Source: an uncultured Verrucomicrobiae bacterium (GTDB lineage: Bacteria > Verrucomicrobiota > Verrucomicrobiia > Chthoniobacterales > UBA10450). Taken from it: a DNA stretch of 64,000 nucleotides. Made by a program: the position numbers and the translations under genes. Positions within the stretch are counted from its first letter, which is position 1. Each line of letters begins with the position of its first letter. A model generated the notes under the pieces. It was not told the origin of the DNA. It did no database searches and was given only the letters and a program-made list of their open reading frames with translations. The stretch lies in the NCBI GenBank assembly GCA_963772365.1, contig CAVYXA010000005.1:32001-96000 (forward strand), in the 5' to 3' direction. This document shows, one piece after another, positions 1 to 10,536 of the stretch.

Positions 1-1
1 T

Positions 2-1465
2 TTGCGCGACGAGGCCGCGATCGCAATTTCTGCCGGCGAAACCTTGCGGGCCGAAGAAGCCGTGCGCGCGCTGTTGGCGACCAAACCGGAACCGACTGAT
101 TGGCTGCTCGCGGCCCAACTGTCGATCCATAAAGGCGTGCCCGAGGGAGCGACTGGGTTCCTCGACAAAATATTCAACGATGCGCGCGCCACCGAGCGCG
201 AACAATTTCAAGCTGCGCTGCTCAAGCTGACTACCGCGACGGACCCTGCATTGGTGGACGCCGCATGGGCGCAGGTGGAAAAACTTTCTCGTGGTCAAAG
301 CGCGACCGCGCTCGATGCCCTCGTGATCCTGGCCAGTCGCGCGCTGTCGGAGGTCAGAGACCAGAATTCAGAGGACAGAAATCAGAGGTCAGGGGCTGAG
401 AAACTGAGCCGGGCCCTGGAAACGCATCCGCTGGCAAAGGCGCCGCAGAAATTGATCGCGCTCGATCTGCTCGAACATGTCGATCCTGCGCAGCGACAGG
501 CCTTGATCGGGCGCGCCATTGCCGAATGGAAAGATGCCGAGCCTTCATCGCTGGCCGCGCTGGCGACGTGGCTCAATGGCAAGGGCGAATATCAACGCGA
601 GCTCGACACCATCCCGCTTAGCAAAACGCTGCAAAACCGCGAGCTTTTCCTCCAGCGCCTCGACGCGCTGGCCGCACTTGACCGCTGGGAGGAAGTCAAA
701 CAACTCGTGGACAACAACCGTTTTCCACTCGACCCGTTCGTCCAAAAAATGTATCTGGCGCGATGCAACGCCAAGCTGGGCGAAAAAGTCGCTGCCGAAA
801 ACAATTGGCAGCGGGCATTGGAAGACACAGCTGGCGATCCGACCAAACTGATGACAGTGGGCGATTACGCAGAAAAGAACGGCCTGCTTGATATAGCTGC
901 TTCCGCCTACAATAACGCAATCGCCGAGGCGCCAAAATTGCGTGCCGCCTACCAGGGCCGATTGCGAGTCGCGCAAGCCGGTGGCAACACGAAAAATATT
1001 CACGCTGTAGTCGCCGATATGCTGCGGGTGTGGCCTAACGATCCCGCAGTTCAAAATGACGAAGCCTATTTGCGATTGCTGCTGCTTGGAGGATCGGGAT
1101 CTCCGGCATCGGGAGAAGAACACGAGCCTCCGGCTGAGGCCTCAACATTCAATGCTCAAGGTTCAACGCTCGATGAAATCGAGAAGCTGGGTGAAAAACT
1201 AGTGCAGAAAAATCCTGCCAGCATGCCCCATCGAACACTGCTGGCTCTGGCACGGCTGCGCCAAAATCGCCCGGCAGATGCCCTGGCGACCTATGCCAAC
1301 ATTCAGGTGACGCCGCGCGCGCTTACGCCCTCGGCACTCGCTGTCCACGCTGCGGTATTATCCGCCAACGGGCACGAGGAGGACGCAAGAGCGGAAGTCG
1401 GCCAGGTGCGGGTTGAAGATCTCTTGCCGGAAGAACGCGCCCTGATCGCAGGTGTCCGGAAATAG
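2..1465 (+). CDS. TPR-like alpha-helical repeat protein (5' truncated at window edge); paralog of 5982..7805
   Basis: Long Ala/Leu-rich ORF sharing blocks with 5982..7805 (HPLAKAPQKL/HPLARAPQKL, LATWLN.KGEY.REL, WPND.A.QNDEAY, PHRTLLALARLRQ). Confidence 0.75.
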   Translation: MRDEAAIAISAGETLRAEEAVRALLATKPEPTDWLLAAQLSIHKGVPEGATGFLDKIFNDARATEREQFQAALLKLTTATDPALVDAAWAQVEKLSRGQSATALDALVILASRALSEVRDQNSEDRNQRSGAEKLSRALETHPLAKAPQKLIALDLLEHVDPAQRQALIGRAIAEWKDAEPSSLAALATWLNGKGEYQRELDTIPLSKTLQNRELFLQRLDALAALDRWEEVKQLVDNNRFPLDPFVQKMYLARCNAKLGEKVAAENNWQRALEDTAGDPTKLMTVGDYAEKNGLLDIAASAYNNAIAEAPKLRAAYQGRLRVAQAGGNTKNIHAVVADMLRVWPNDPAVQNDEAYLRLLLLGGSGSPASGEEHEPPAEASTFNAQGSTLDEIEKLGEKLVQKNPASMPHRTLLALARLRQNRPADALATYANIQVTPRALTPSALAVHAAVLSANGHEEDARAEVGQVRVEDLLPEERALIAGVRK

Positions 1466-1547
1466 AAGACGACCGGATCTCGTGCGGCCCCGCCTGTTAG
1501 TTGGCTAGAACGCTCGATTGCCAATCTCGGCGATGGTCGTCGAGAGA

Positions 1548-2160
1548 CTAAATCCTCTCCGAGCTTTCTGCGCTTTGGCGGCGAGAGAAGCGCTGCAAAC
1601 CGAAGAGGAGGAGCACGGGAAACGCGAGCCAAATGGTCGAGATCGATTCGGGGACGCCCACGACGACGTTATCGAGCCGGAAAAAGTCATTACCATGCTG
1701 GTAACGGAATTCCAAAGTAGTCGATGACCCCGTGGCCAGCAGGCCTGAAAACTGGAACTGCGTGTAGTCAAAGGTGGTCGTCTGCGGTTCGAGGATTGTA
1801 AAGATCGATACGTTGTTCCAAAAAACCTCGAAATAATCGCTGTTATCGAGGCCGGCAGTAAAATCGTTGGCCAGCCAGAATGAGAGATGATAGGTACGAT
1901 CCGGGAGAGGTGGTGAGGTTTTGATTCAGTGATCCAACGTTAGGATAGGCGCCTAAATATGCATAGTGACTTCCATCTTCGGCAAGGAGGGCGTTGTCAT
2001 CGACCCCGCTAAAACCGCTCGCGTCAACGTTAGTCCAGCCGCTGAAATCGCCGGTTTCAAAGCTGTGGTTCGCCACGATATTCGCCGATTGCGATGGGGA
2101 GGTGGCGGCACAGACGAGCCCGACGATGGCGAGGATTTTTGCCGGGAGCGAGAGTTTCAT
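1548..2160 (-). CDS. Secreted PEP-CTERM-type protein (VPES variant), one frameshift near 1895
   Basis: Signal peptide plus NHSFETGDFSGW in ORF 1843..2160; a second frame continues TYHLSFWLAND...FRLDNVVVGVPESISTIWLAFPVLLLFGLQRFSRR to TAG at 1548-1550. Confidence 0.7.
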
Positions 2161-2277
2161 GAGGGTCTCATGGGAGTTACGATGGGAACAGGATTACACC
2201 AGAGCGCATAGGCATCAGTCAAGTCATTTTTCTGCTCCCTACGAACAATTTATTCACAGCGCTAGTTTCCGCCCTGC

Positions 2278-4086
2278 CTAGCGTTTTGGGGGCGGCTGGG
2301 TCGATGAGGCGGCTTCTCCGCTCTTCGCCCACGCCTCGAGATGCGCCTGATAAAGTTGGGCGAGGGCAGTTGAGTGCGGATCGCGCGCGCGCGCGACGCC
2401 AAACATCCATTCGGCTTCGGGGAAGCGGCCCAACTGGTCGTAAGCAATTGCCAGATCGAGTGCGAAATTGCCATCGAGAGGTGCCAGCCGATGCGCTTGT
2501 TCGAACGCAGCCACCGCTTCGGCGGGTGGGGGCGGCGGCGACCCGCTCTGCTCGGCTTTGAAACGCAGCGCGAGCAAGGCGCGGCCGAGATAGAAAAAGA
2601 TCATGGGATTTTTGCGTTCGAACCGGAGAGCCTTTCTCGCAAAGAGGATAGCGGTCGCGGGCTCCTCGTTTTCCAGAGCAATCCGCGCCCGCAAGGCAAA
2701 ATACTCACCCGGGAAAAGGCGCGTCGCCTGCACCAGCAGCACAATGGCAAGCAGAGTCGTTACAATTCTCGGCGCAAAACTCGGAATAGGCCGCGCGTCA
2801 GCCGAACCGATTTTCAGGCCCGGACTGGCCACAATTCCAAACGCGAAGGCGAGGAGCACGGCATTCGCGGGAATGTGAAGATTGAAATCAACGATTGAAT
2901 GGACGGCGTAGGCAGCGATTGCCCCCAGGGCTCCGAGATTGAGCGCGAGGCGATTGCTCCGAAAGAAGCTGCCCGCGTGGATCCGTCGCGGGCCGAGGAT
3001 CAGGAAGGTGCGCCATCCGCGGCGCAGATGCGCATAGAGGAAGAAAAGGAATCCGGCGAAACCGACCAGGCCGTATTCGCAGAGCAGGTGAAGGTAGTCG
3101 TTGTGCACGTAGAGCGGATCGTTTTGCATGCGTGCACTGCGGAATTGGCGTCCATAAAAGCGATAGGTGCCGCTCCCGGTCCCAATGAACGGTTGCAATT
3201 TCCATTGCTCAAAGGCGGCGCGCCAAAGATCAAAGCGGGCATCATTGGCCACAGAAATCTTTTCCATTCGCGCGCGGACCTGCGCGTTCTGCGAGATCAG
3301 AGATCCGGCCGCGACCAACGCGACGACCAGCGCGACCAGCGCGCCGGCGCCAAGCCAGAGGAGGGATCTTCGCCCGGCTGGCCGCAGGGCGATGAGGCTG
3401 AGGAAAAGAAAGAGGAGGAGGCTGGCCCCCGCGCTCAGATATCCTCCGCGGCTGCCAGTCATGGCGAGGCCCACATAGCAGATCGCCGTGAGATAACCAA
3501 AAATCACCCGGGCCGACTTCGGCCAGCGACTCCAGCAGGTAATGGCGAGACCGAACACCCCGAGAATCTCGAGCAGCCCGGCGAGGTTATTCGGGTTGGT
3601 GTAGAGGCCGCTGGCCCGGTGCATCCCGGTTATGTTTTCCAGGTAAGGAAGGGGCTTGAAATTCTCGGCCACGCCGAATTGAACGAACCCGACAAAAACG
3701 TGGAGGACGGCGACGGCCAGCAGCGCCATGATGAGCGCAAGACGGCGGTCCGAGCTGGCCATGGCCGTGATCGTCAGGCCATAAACGACGAGCGCCGCCA
3801 GGACCGAATAGAGATCGGCCCGGGCGAAGTAGGGCGCTGGCGAGGTGAGCGCCCGGGTCGCGAGATAGCCGCAGAAGAGAGCGGTCGCCGCGAGACAAAG
3901 ACGATCGGCCGGGGAACTGGACTGGAGAAAAAAGGCAATCAGTGCCGCGACCCCGATCAGGCCATAAGAAGGGAGACAAAGCCCGAGTTCCTTGCCCCCG
4001 ATGAGCACTTGCAGGAGGGCGAGTCCAATGGCCAGGAACAGAAGGCAAAAAAAATTCCCGAGACGGGAAACCCACGGACTCGTCAC
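2278..4086 (-). CDS. O-antigen ligase family membrane protein with C-terminal TPR region
   Basis: Many TM segments; motifs GLYTNPNNLAG, TGSRGG, PFIGTGSGTY, HNDYLHLLCEYGLVG; helical C-terminus. Confidence 0.85.
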   Translation of the reverse strand: MTSPWVSRLGNFFCLLFLAIGLALLQVLIGGKELGLCLPSYGLIGVAALIAFFLQSSSPADRLCLAATALFCGYLATRALTSPAPYFARADLYSVLAALVVYGLTITAMASSDRRLALIMALLAVAVLHVFVGFVQFGVAENFKPLPYLENITGMHRASGLYTNPNNLAGLLEILGVFGLAITCWSRWPKSARVIFGYLTAICYVGLAMTGSRGGYLSAGASLLLFLFLSLIALRPAGRRSLLWLGAGALVALVVALVAAGSLISQNAQVRARMEKISVANDARFDLWRAAFEQWKLQPFIGTGSGTYRFYGRQFRSARMQNDPLYVHNDYLHLLCEYGLVGFAGFLFFLYAHLRRGWRTFLILGPRRIHAGSFFRSNRLALNLGALGAIAAYAVHSIVDFNLHIPANAVLLAFAFGIVASPGLKIGSADARPIPSFAPRIVTTLLAIVLLVQATRLFPGEYFALRARIALENEEPATAILFARKALRFERKNPMIFFYLGRALLALRFKAEQSGSPPPPPAEAVAAFEQAHRLAPLDGNFALDLAIAYDQLGRFPEAEWMFGVARARDPHSTALAQLYQAHLEAWAKSGEAASSTQPPPKR

Positions 4087-4152
4087 AGAATTCGCTTCAG
4101 GATTCGCAGCTCAGCAAGAAGCGCCACCACGAAACCTGCGACAGGTGTTAAC

Positions 4153-4392
4153 TTATTGGCTGGCCGGGCAGGCGCCCACCGTGTCGCCGTGGCCGATGTG
4201 CCGCTGATAATCCGGACTGCCGCACACCACCGTAATTGTGAGGGCCTTCTTATGGCAGAGGGTGCAATCGGTTGCCAACGCGCGCGGCGCCGTGGCGAAC
4301 CAGACGGCAATAGCGAGGCCGACGCCGATGAGGAGGCAGGCCAGCGTCAGCACAACACGGCAACGATCAATAAAATTGTGGAGTTTTTTCAC
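4153..4392 (-). CDS. Small secreted or membrane-anchored Cys/His-rich protein
   Basis: Hydrophobic N-terminus followed by CTLCH...TITVVC...HIGHGDTVGAC. Confidence 0.6.
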   Translation of the reverse strand: MKKLHNFIDRCRVVLTLACLLIGVGLAIAVWFATAPRALATDCTLCHKKALTITVVCGSPDYQRHIGHGDTVGACPASQ

Positions 4393-4468
4393 AGTGCTGA
4401 GTAATTTCTAAGGACCATCTTTTAATGAGTTCGAAACGGAATAGCAAGCATATTTTTTGGCGATCGGC

Positions 4469-4561
4469 GTGAAGATCACGCTGTCCGGTAGGCTGGGAGA
4501 CGATGCCAAACATTATCAGGAGCGAGATCTAAAGCGTGCAATCGAAAAGACCCAATCATGA
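4469..4561 (+). pseudogene. HicA-like toxin C-terminal remnant
   Basis: Translates KITLSGRLGDDAKHYQERDLKRAIEK*; stop overlaps the downstream ATG (ATGA); N-terminal half not evident. Confidence 0.5.
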
Positions 4562-4788
4562 GCAAACCATCTGACCGGTAGATGAAAGTTGTAGCTTGGA
4601 GCGAGGAGGACCAGTGCTACGTCGGCCGCTGTCCCGGCCTGATGCTGGGCGGGGTGCACGGCAGCGATGAACAAGCTGTTTATGCCGAACTGTGTGAAGC
4701 GGTCGACGAGTGGATTGCGTTATGCGAAGCCGAAGGCCTACCACTTCCGGGAGCGACATCCCTTCGCGAAATCGAAGCGATGGTATGA
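4558..4788 (+). CDS. HicB-like antitoxin; in-frame TAG at codon 8, restart ATG at 4582
   Basis: MSKPSDR*MKVVAWSEEDQCYVGRCPGL...GLPLP resembles a HicB N-terminal domain. Confidence 0.65.
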
Positions 4789-4938
4789 GCCGTTGTTGCT
4801 TCGGTCTTGCCCGGACCAAATGAGACAGAAGGAATCCGGGCTGGAGAGGGTTTCTCGCTTTGACGCGCTCGGGTCCTGAATTTTAAGAGAAGGAAGGGGC
4901 TTAGTTACCTTGTTTAGAATTCTGAGTTTCAGATTTTT

Positions 4939-5015
4939 AACAGAAGGAAACAAAGTTAACGAAGGTTTTGGCAACCCCCTGCTTCAGAATCTTTGTTGCC
5001 TTCGTTATCTTCTGT
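4939..5015. repeat. Imperfect inverted repeat built of 9-nt units
   Basis: acagaag-gaaacaaag-ttaacgaag versus ctttgttgc-cttcgttat-cttctgt. Confidence 0.65.
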
Positions 5016-5120
5016 GGAGTTTTCTCTGAAATTTTTAACTGTTTCAGAATCTTTGTGTGCTCTTCAGGCTGGAAAAGGATCTGATCAGCATGTATGCTGT
5101 CAAAGATCGGAAGCAAGCTT

Positions 5121-5303
5121 ATGGGTAACGCCAGCACTCTCAAGAAACCAACCCTGGAGTCGCTGGCTGCGGAGATGCGCCGACTTCAGGAGCGCCTCGA
5201 GGACATTGAAGACCTTATTGAGCTCCGCAGCGCCGTGGAACGCAATGTCGGCAAACCAGGAGTGCCATGGGAAAAAGTAAAGGCTGAGCTGGATCTCGAC
5301 TGA
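5121..5303 (+). CDS. Small antitoxin-like protein with no adjacent toxin
   Basis: LEDIEDLIEL...VPWEKVKAELDL pattern typical of small addiction-module antitoxins. Confidence 0.5.
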   Translation: MGNASTLKKPTLESLAAEMRRLQERLEDIEDLIELRSAVERNVGKPGVPWEKVKAELDLD

Positions 5304-5314
5304 CCTTCTTTGCC

Positions 5315-5347
5315 CGCCGTAGTCCGGCTGCTGCCGGACGAAGGCGG
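5315..5347. repeat. REP-like palindromic element (GTAG-containing); inverted copy at 35366-35398, weaker relative near 60352-60371
   Basis: cgccgtagtccggctgctgccggacgaaggcgg versus ccgccttcgtccggctgctgccgaactacggcg. Confidence 0.7.
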
Positions 5348-5981
5348 CTGACCGCTGACATTCTTCTGTTTAAACCCTGGCTGACAGGGCGCTTATTCTG
5401 GAATTCAGTTACTTACGACGAATTCTTATTTGCAGTTCAAGGTCAAGCTGTCGGAAATCTTTACGTATTACTCCCAATTTACCCCCGGCGCGGCTTTCGT
5501 CCCTGGTCCCTTGCCGGAGGTGGGACAGGGCGTGAACACGCCGTATAGCGGCACCACGCTCTCGGCGACCAGTTCAACTATCCACTTCGGCGACCCCACT
5601 ATACCAGCCGGGGACCACTCCAGCGCCTCCAGGGGGGATCTATGCGACTGGTCCGGCAGTATGTGAGCCATTTGGAGCCGCCAACAATAACGAATTTGCC
5701 CTGATCATCACCGGCACCTTCGTGGTGGATGCAGCATTTGCGGGGATCAATCTGCCGTTCGCGCTAGCGTCCGATGATGGGTCTCTGCTTTCTATACCTG
5801 ATAGCACCGGCACTTCAACGGTGCTGGACAATGGAGGATATCACGTAGCCATTACGGCCATTAGCGGAATGTCTCCCGTAGTCCTATCAAACCGGATCAC
5901 GCGACTTTCAAACCTAAGTGCCTAACGAACAGTTAGGAAGGCGGTGGAACGAGGTTGGGTAGTTCGACGATCGAACTGCGG

Positions 5982-7805
5982 CTAGAGCAGTGATTGAACG
6001 AGCGCGAGCTCCTCGGGCAGAAGTTTATCGGACGGGATTTGTTGCGCTTCCGTTTTCGCATCTCCTGCATGATTGGTGGCCGCGAGCACGGCCGCTTGGA
6101 TGGCAAGCGCTGAGGGAGTCATTGCGTTCGGCGCGATTCGGAGATCGGCGTAAACACGGAGGGCCTCTTGGTCGCGGCCTTGGCGCAAACGCGCGAGTGC
6201 GAGCAGCGTGCGATGGGGGAGGCTGGAAGGCTCGCGCCGGACGAGTTCCTCGGCGCGTTGTTCAATCGAAGCGAGGTCGCCGGTGTGGGTGGGATCGCTC
6301 TGCTCCGGCCAGAGGAGCAAACGCGTGTAGGCTTCATCGTTCTGGATCGCAGTGTCGTTAGGCCAGGACTTCATCATGTTCTCGAGAACACCGTGGATTT
6401 TTCTCGTGTCGCGTTGCGCTTGCGCGACACGGAGCAGGCCCAGGTGCGCGGCCCGTAACTTCGGCGCTGCGGTCACCGCAGAACTATAGGCGATCTCCGC
6501 AATTTCGAGAGTGCCGCTTTTCTCGGCATATTCAGCCAGGGTCATGAGTTTCTGAAGGTTGTTGCCAGCCGCTTCCAGCCCGCGCTGCCAGCTATTTTCT
6601 TCGGCAGCTTTTTCGCCCAGCTCGCCCGCGCAACGCGCCAGATACATCTGCTGAATTACCGGATCGAGAGGGAAACGTTCCGCTTCGAGCAAATCCTTGA
6701 TTTCATCCCAGCGCCCGAGTGGGCCGAGCGCATCGAGGTGCTGCAAAAAAAGCTCGCGCGTCTGCAACGCTTTCTCGAGCGGGATGGCCTCGAGTTCACG
6801 TTCATATTCGCCTTTTGCGTTCAACCATGTCGCCAGCGCCACGAGCGCAGTGGGATCAGCGTCTTTCCAGTCGGCGATGGCGCGCGCGAGGCAGGCCTCT
6901 TTTTCCGTAGGGTTGTCGTGCAACTGTAAATCGAGCGCGAGCAGTTTTTGCGGCGCTCTCGCAAGCGGATGTTTTTCGAGCGCGTGAATGAGATCCAAAG
7001 TTGGCATCGTCGCCGGGCCATCTCCCGCGAGGGCGCGCCGAGCGAGTATGCTGAGTGCTTCCAGCGCCGTATCGGTTTTCCCGGTCGCCAAACTGGTGAT
7101 ACGCGACCAGCCATCGGCGCGCGCTTGTTTGTTAGCTTCGCTCTCGCTCTCCGCGGAAGCTTGCAACTCGAGCATGGCGGCGTGCAACTCGTCGCGCTCG
7201 GTCCCTTCTTTGCCTTCGAAGATTTTCTGAAGATAGCGCTGCGCCTCCGGCATCGCGCCTTTTTGCATCGCGGCCTGGGCGGCGACTAACCAATCCTCCG
7301 CGGTGGCGTTCCTGCCCTCGTTCGCCAGCAGAATGTTGATCGCCTCGGCGGCTCGATCCGATTCGCCGTAGATCAAGGCGATCATGGCTTCGTCTCTCAA
7401 GTCTTCGCGGGTGAGCGGAGAAACGGCGCGGAGATTTTGCCAGAAATCGAGCGCATCCTGCTGCCGCGAGCGTGAGAGGTAACGGGCGACGGCGCGAAGG
7501 GCCTCGGGTTCTGTTGGTCGAAGCTGATACGCGGCCACGGCCTCCTGGCGCGCGCCGGTCCATTCTCCTTGCTCCATGAAGGCGAAGGCGCGCGTGGCGT
7601 GGCGGCGCGCCTGGAAGGCTTTGATAGCGTCCAATGTTGGTCGGCCGGCAAAAATTCCAGCGAGAACCAGCGCGAACAGGAACACGAAAATTATAAGAAT
7701 GCGGCGTCGTTTGTGACGGCGAAGACGCAACTCTTCCGCGGTTAGCATGAAGTCGTCGGAGCGCGCCATTGCCGACATAATCTCGCGAAGAAGCGCGCGC
7801 GGCAA
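5982..7805 (-). CDS. Membrane-anchored TPR-like protein (start probably at 7769 or 7778)
   Basis: Basic patch and N-terminal TM, then helical repeats; clear paralog of 2..1465. Confidence 0.8.
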   Translation of the reverse strand: MPRALLREIMSAMARSDDFMLTAEELRLRRHKRRRILIIFVFLFALVLAGIFAGRPTLDAIKAFQARRHATRAFAFMEQGEWTGARQEAVAAYQLRPTEPEALRAVARYLSRSRQQDALDFWQNLRAVSPLTREDLRDEAMIALIYGESDRAAEAINILLANEGRNATAEDWLVAAQAAMQKGAMPEAQRYLQKIFEGKEGTERDELHAAMLELQASAESESEANKQARADGWSRITSLATGKTDTALEALSILARRALAGDGPATMPTLDLIHALEKHPLARAPQKLLALDLQLHDNPTEKEACLARAIADWKDADPTALVALATWLNAKGEYERELEAIPLEKALQTRELFLQHLDALGPLGRWDEIKDLLEAERFPLDPVIQQMYLARCAGELGEKAAEENSWQRGLEAAGNNLQKLMTLAEYAEKSGTLEIAEIAYSSAVTAAPKLRAAHLGLLRVAQAQRDTRKIHGVLENMMKSWPNDTAIQNDEAYTRLLLWPEQSDPTHTGDLASIEQRAEELVRREPSSLPHRTLLALARLRQGRDQEALRVYADLRIAPNAMTPSALAIQAAVLAATNHAGDAKTEAQQIPSDKLLPEELALVQSLL

Positions 7806-8225
7806 GGCGAAATAGAGCGGCTGAAGTGGAGTTGAAGACGTTGGGTATGAAAGTTTTAGAAAATTATCGCTAAGAGGGCAGATCTTGCTTGCTCTTAAGT
7901 TCGCTCCCAGACAATACTATGGAGTCTTTGTATCGGAAATGACTTCGTCCATCCCGGTCACAGCTGGATTTCATAAAATTTACTTCGCCCAGAACGCTAA
8001 CTCAGACTTAACTGATGCCGTCGATTCGGTCTCGACTGCGTCTAGTTCAAATTCCAATTGGCCATCGACATCGAGTTGAGATGTGGATTGAGATGATCTC
8101 CCCGATGGCTCTCACCAGCTTAACGGAGGAGCTGAAGCCCCCGCAGTGAAGTGTAGTCGTCGGATGACCCAGTTCGGTATTGGCCGGATCAAAACCATCT
8201 CGATAGATGGATAGGATCGACCCTG

Positions 8226-9641
8226 TCAGCCTGGAAACAGCGCGCAGATCTTGCGCAGTCGTCGCCGTTGACTCCAGCCTAGCACGGCAGCCGCCATGGC
8301 GCCGCCGATCCATGTGCTGGGCTCAGGAACAGCAGTGATGTCGAAAAGCGTGATAGCGTCGATAATCGCATAAGTAGGAACAGGTGAGTAAGTGAATTGA
8401 AGACTTGTATCCGAAGCGGTAAAAGTTCCGACGGCATATTGCCCAGCCGTACTGGTACCCGGTTGGTCGCCCAACAGCGTGACCGACGGGGAACCCGAAA
8501 GAACTGCACCATTAGGAGCACCGGGCTGGTGCGCCCAATATTGAACCTGATAGACGTGGCCCGCGGTCAGGCCGCTTAATGTCACCGTCGCGCTGACGTC
8601 TTTGACATACAATAGACCGCTCAATATTGTGGAATAGGTTGAGGTTGTCCCCCCTGACCCGGCTGTGGTCATAGAAGAATAAGTCACAGAGATCTTATGA
8701 TAGAAATCCGTCGCGCCGGTTGTAGGGCCGCTTAACGTGGAAAATCGCACGCCGTTAACAACGGTGCCCCCAACGCCCGGAGCGGTCACAGCGGCAGCAC
8801 CAACAGCACCAGCGTCAAGGAGAGTGCCGACATTCCTAACATCGGCGTTACCGTTTCCAGCCGAAATGTTCATGGCCGATCCCCAAGTAATGGTTGCACT
8901 AGGAGGCAGAGGCCGAGGCCCCTTTCGCGCGGGCGGAGGCGCCGCGCCGGGGCCGGGTCCAGCGAACGACGTGCCATTAGCATTAGAGGAGTAGGCACCT
9001 GGTCCGCCGCTGGCGGGTGACAAATGCTCGATGTTGTCGGTCTGTAGAACGTCAGATGAAACCGATCGCGTTTGGGCGGTAATGGCGCTGCTATCGGCAA
9101 ACTTCAACTGGTTATTGCTCGCGGCGCTCGCGAAATCGATGATGGAAGTCGAGGAGAGCGTGGGAGCGGCGGGAGTTTGTGAGATCCCGTTCGTATCAAA
9201 GGTGCCGCCAGCCAGAGTCATCGTAGGTGGCGTCGTCGAGTTACCCGTGTTAGCCCAACCCCTTTCCGCATCGCCCCCTTCGTCCGGGACTTGGATTGGC
9301 AGGATATATTGGCTACCAGGTCCGTTGCTGGCGAGCGCGAATAGTTCGATGTTGTGGGTCGAGCGAGAATCATCCAGCCCAACCCGTCGCAGCCAGTCTG
9401 GTTGGAGTTGAAGAAGCCGGGTGGTGGCGCCGCTCTTCGCAAACTTGAGTTGATTATTGCTCGCGAAATCGAGGATTGAAGCCGAGGAGAGCGTCAAAGC
9501 GCCGAGAGCCCCGTCCAAATTTGCATCCGCATGCCTGCCAAGCGTCTGCGCTTGGGCATGGGCGGACCGGTCAGCAAAAACCGGGACGCTCGTAATGAGC
9601 GCAATTCCCGCAACGACCGACAATCGGCGAGGATATTTCAA
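8226..9641 (-). CDS. PEP-CTERM sorting domain protein
   Basis: Signal peptide, Thr/Ser/Gly-rich body, C-terminal VPEPSTW + TM + RRRLRK. Confidence 0.9.
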   Translation of the reverse strand: MKYPRRLSVVAGIALITSVPVFADRSAHAQAQTLGRHADANLDGALGALTLSSASILDFASNNQLKFAKSGATTRLLQLQPDWLRRVGLDDSRSTHNIELFALASNGPGSQYILPIQVPDEGGDAERGWANTGNSTTPPTMTLAGGTFDTNGISQTPAAPTLSSTSIIDFASAASNNQLKFADSSAITAQTRSVSSDVLQTDNIEHLSPASGGPGAYSSNANGTSFAGPGPGAAPPPARKGPRPLPPSATITWGSAMNISAGNGNADVRNVGTLLDAGAVGAAAVTAPGVGGTVVNGVRFSTLSGPTTGATDFYHKISVTYSSMTTAGSGGTTSTYSTILSGLLYVKDVSATVTLSGLTAGHVYQVQYWAHQPGAPNGAVLSGSPSVTLLGDQPGTSTAGQYAVGTFTASDTSLQFTYSPVPTYAIIDAITLFDITAVPEPSTWIGGAMAAAVLGWSQRRRLRKICALFPG

Positions 9642-9779
9642 ATGTACAGGCCTTGGTTAATTCTGCCCGATTCGATCAAAACGCCCTCGTAATGTCAAAC
9701 AAAAATAATACTCCAAACGCAGATAAATTGGGGGGAATTACGCTACAGCTAACTTTCAGTCGAAGAGAGGGATGACAGC

Positions 9780-9835
9780 AAGCACCAAATCCCAATCTTC
9801 AAGCCCCAAGGAAACTCCAATCCACAAACGCCAAA
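9780..9835. repeat. Degenerate heptamer array (aagcacc/aaatccc type)
   Basis: aagcacc aaatccc aatcttc aagcccc aaggaaa... Confidence 0.5.
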
Positions 9836-10536
9836 GCCGCGGCCAGCAGGCTGCGTTCGTCCCTCCACATTAGGATTTCTGCAATCCCTCGATTACGCGG
9901 CAGCCAAGGGCAATGATACTGATTACTTGCAATCGAGACGACTTCATCCCGCTGGCCAGCGCGCGAGCTCACTCTGGATTCGTTATCTTGATCCGACGGC
10001 CCTCTCGGATTTTGGAATGCGCCAAGGTTTTGCGCTTACTGGAATGACGAAGGCCTCGCGCTCGCGCCCTGACATTTCTGGCATCCTTTGTCGCCTATCA
10101 AAGCCAGGCCGTCCAATCACGTGAATTAGCTTTTAGCGCGCAGGTTACCGCAGGTTTCGGAGGATAGCGACAATCCATCGCCCAAAAAACTTCGAGGCGA
10201 TGCCGAGCGACAGCACGTTGGTCGGGAATCTCAAGACAATGGCCAATTACATCGACAAAAATCAAATGGAGCGAGACGCTGCACCATCGTTAGTGATGCA
10301 AAGCAGTTAAAGAAGGCCCTCGCGCAGTAAACCTGCGTTCCATCCAGCGCGTGGAAAGCTTTGATGCGCCTGCGCCGCGAGGAGACTGTGCCCACCCAGA
10401 AGAGCCATGGCACAGATTCCGAGTTTGCCTCTCGGTGTGGGTGATCATCTGCGCCGTCCTCGCTGCGTGTCGCGCGAGTTCTGGAGCAAATGCGCCGGAG
10501 CGAGCGCGGCAAGAAACCTCAAAAAACACACTGTTC

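Noticed and set aside
2899..4404. 501-aa + strand ORF
   Set aside because: Antisense shadow of the O-antigen ligase gene with no recognisable motifs
4579..4581. Amber recoding in the hicB-like gene
   Set aside because: Single instance followed directly by ATG; TAG is used as a normal stop in many other genes here
5430..5925. Possible fragmented secreted-protein gene
   Set aside because: Short Thr/Ser/Gly-rich ORFs that I could not join into a convincing gene or assign to a family
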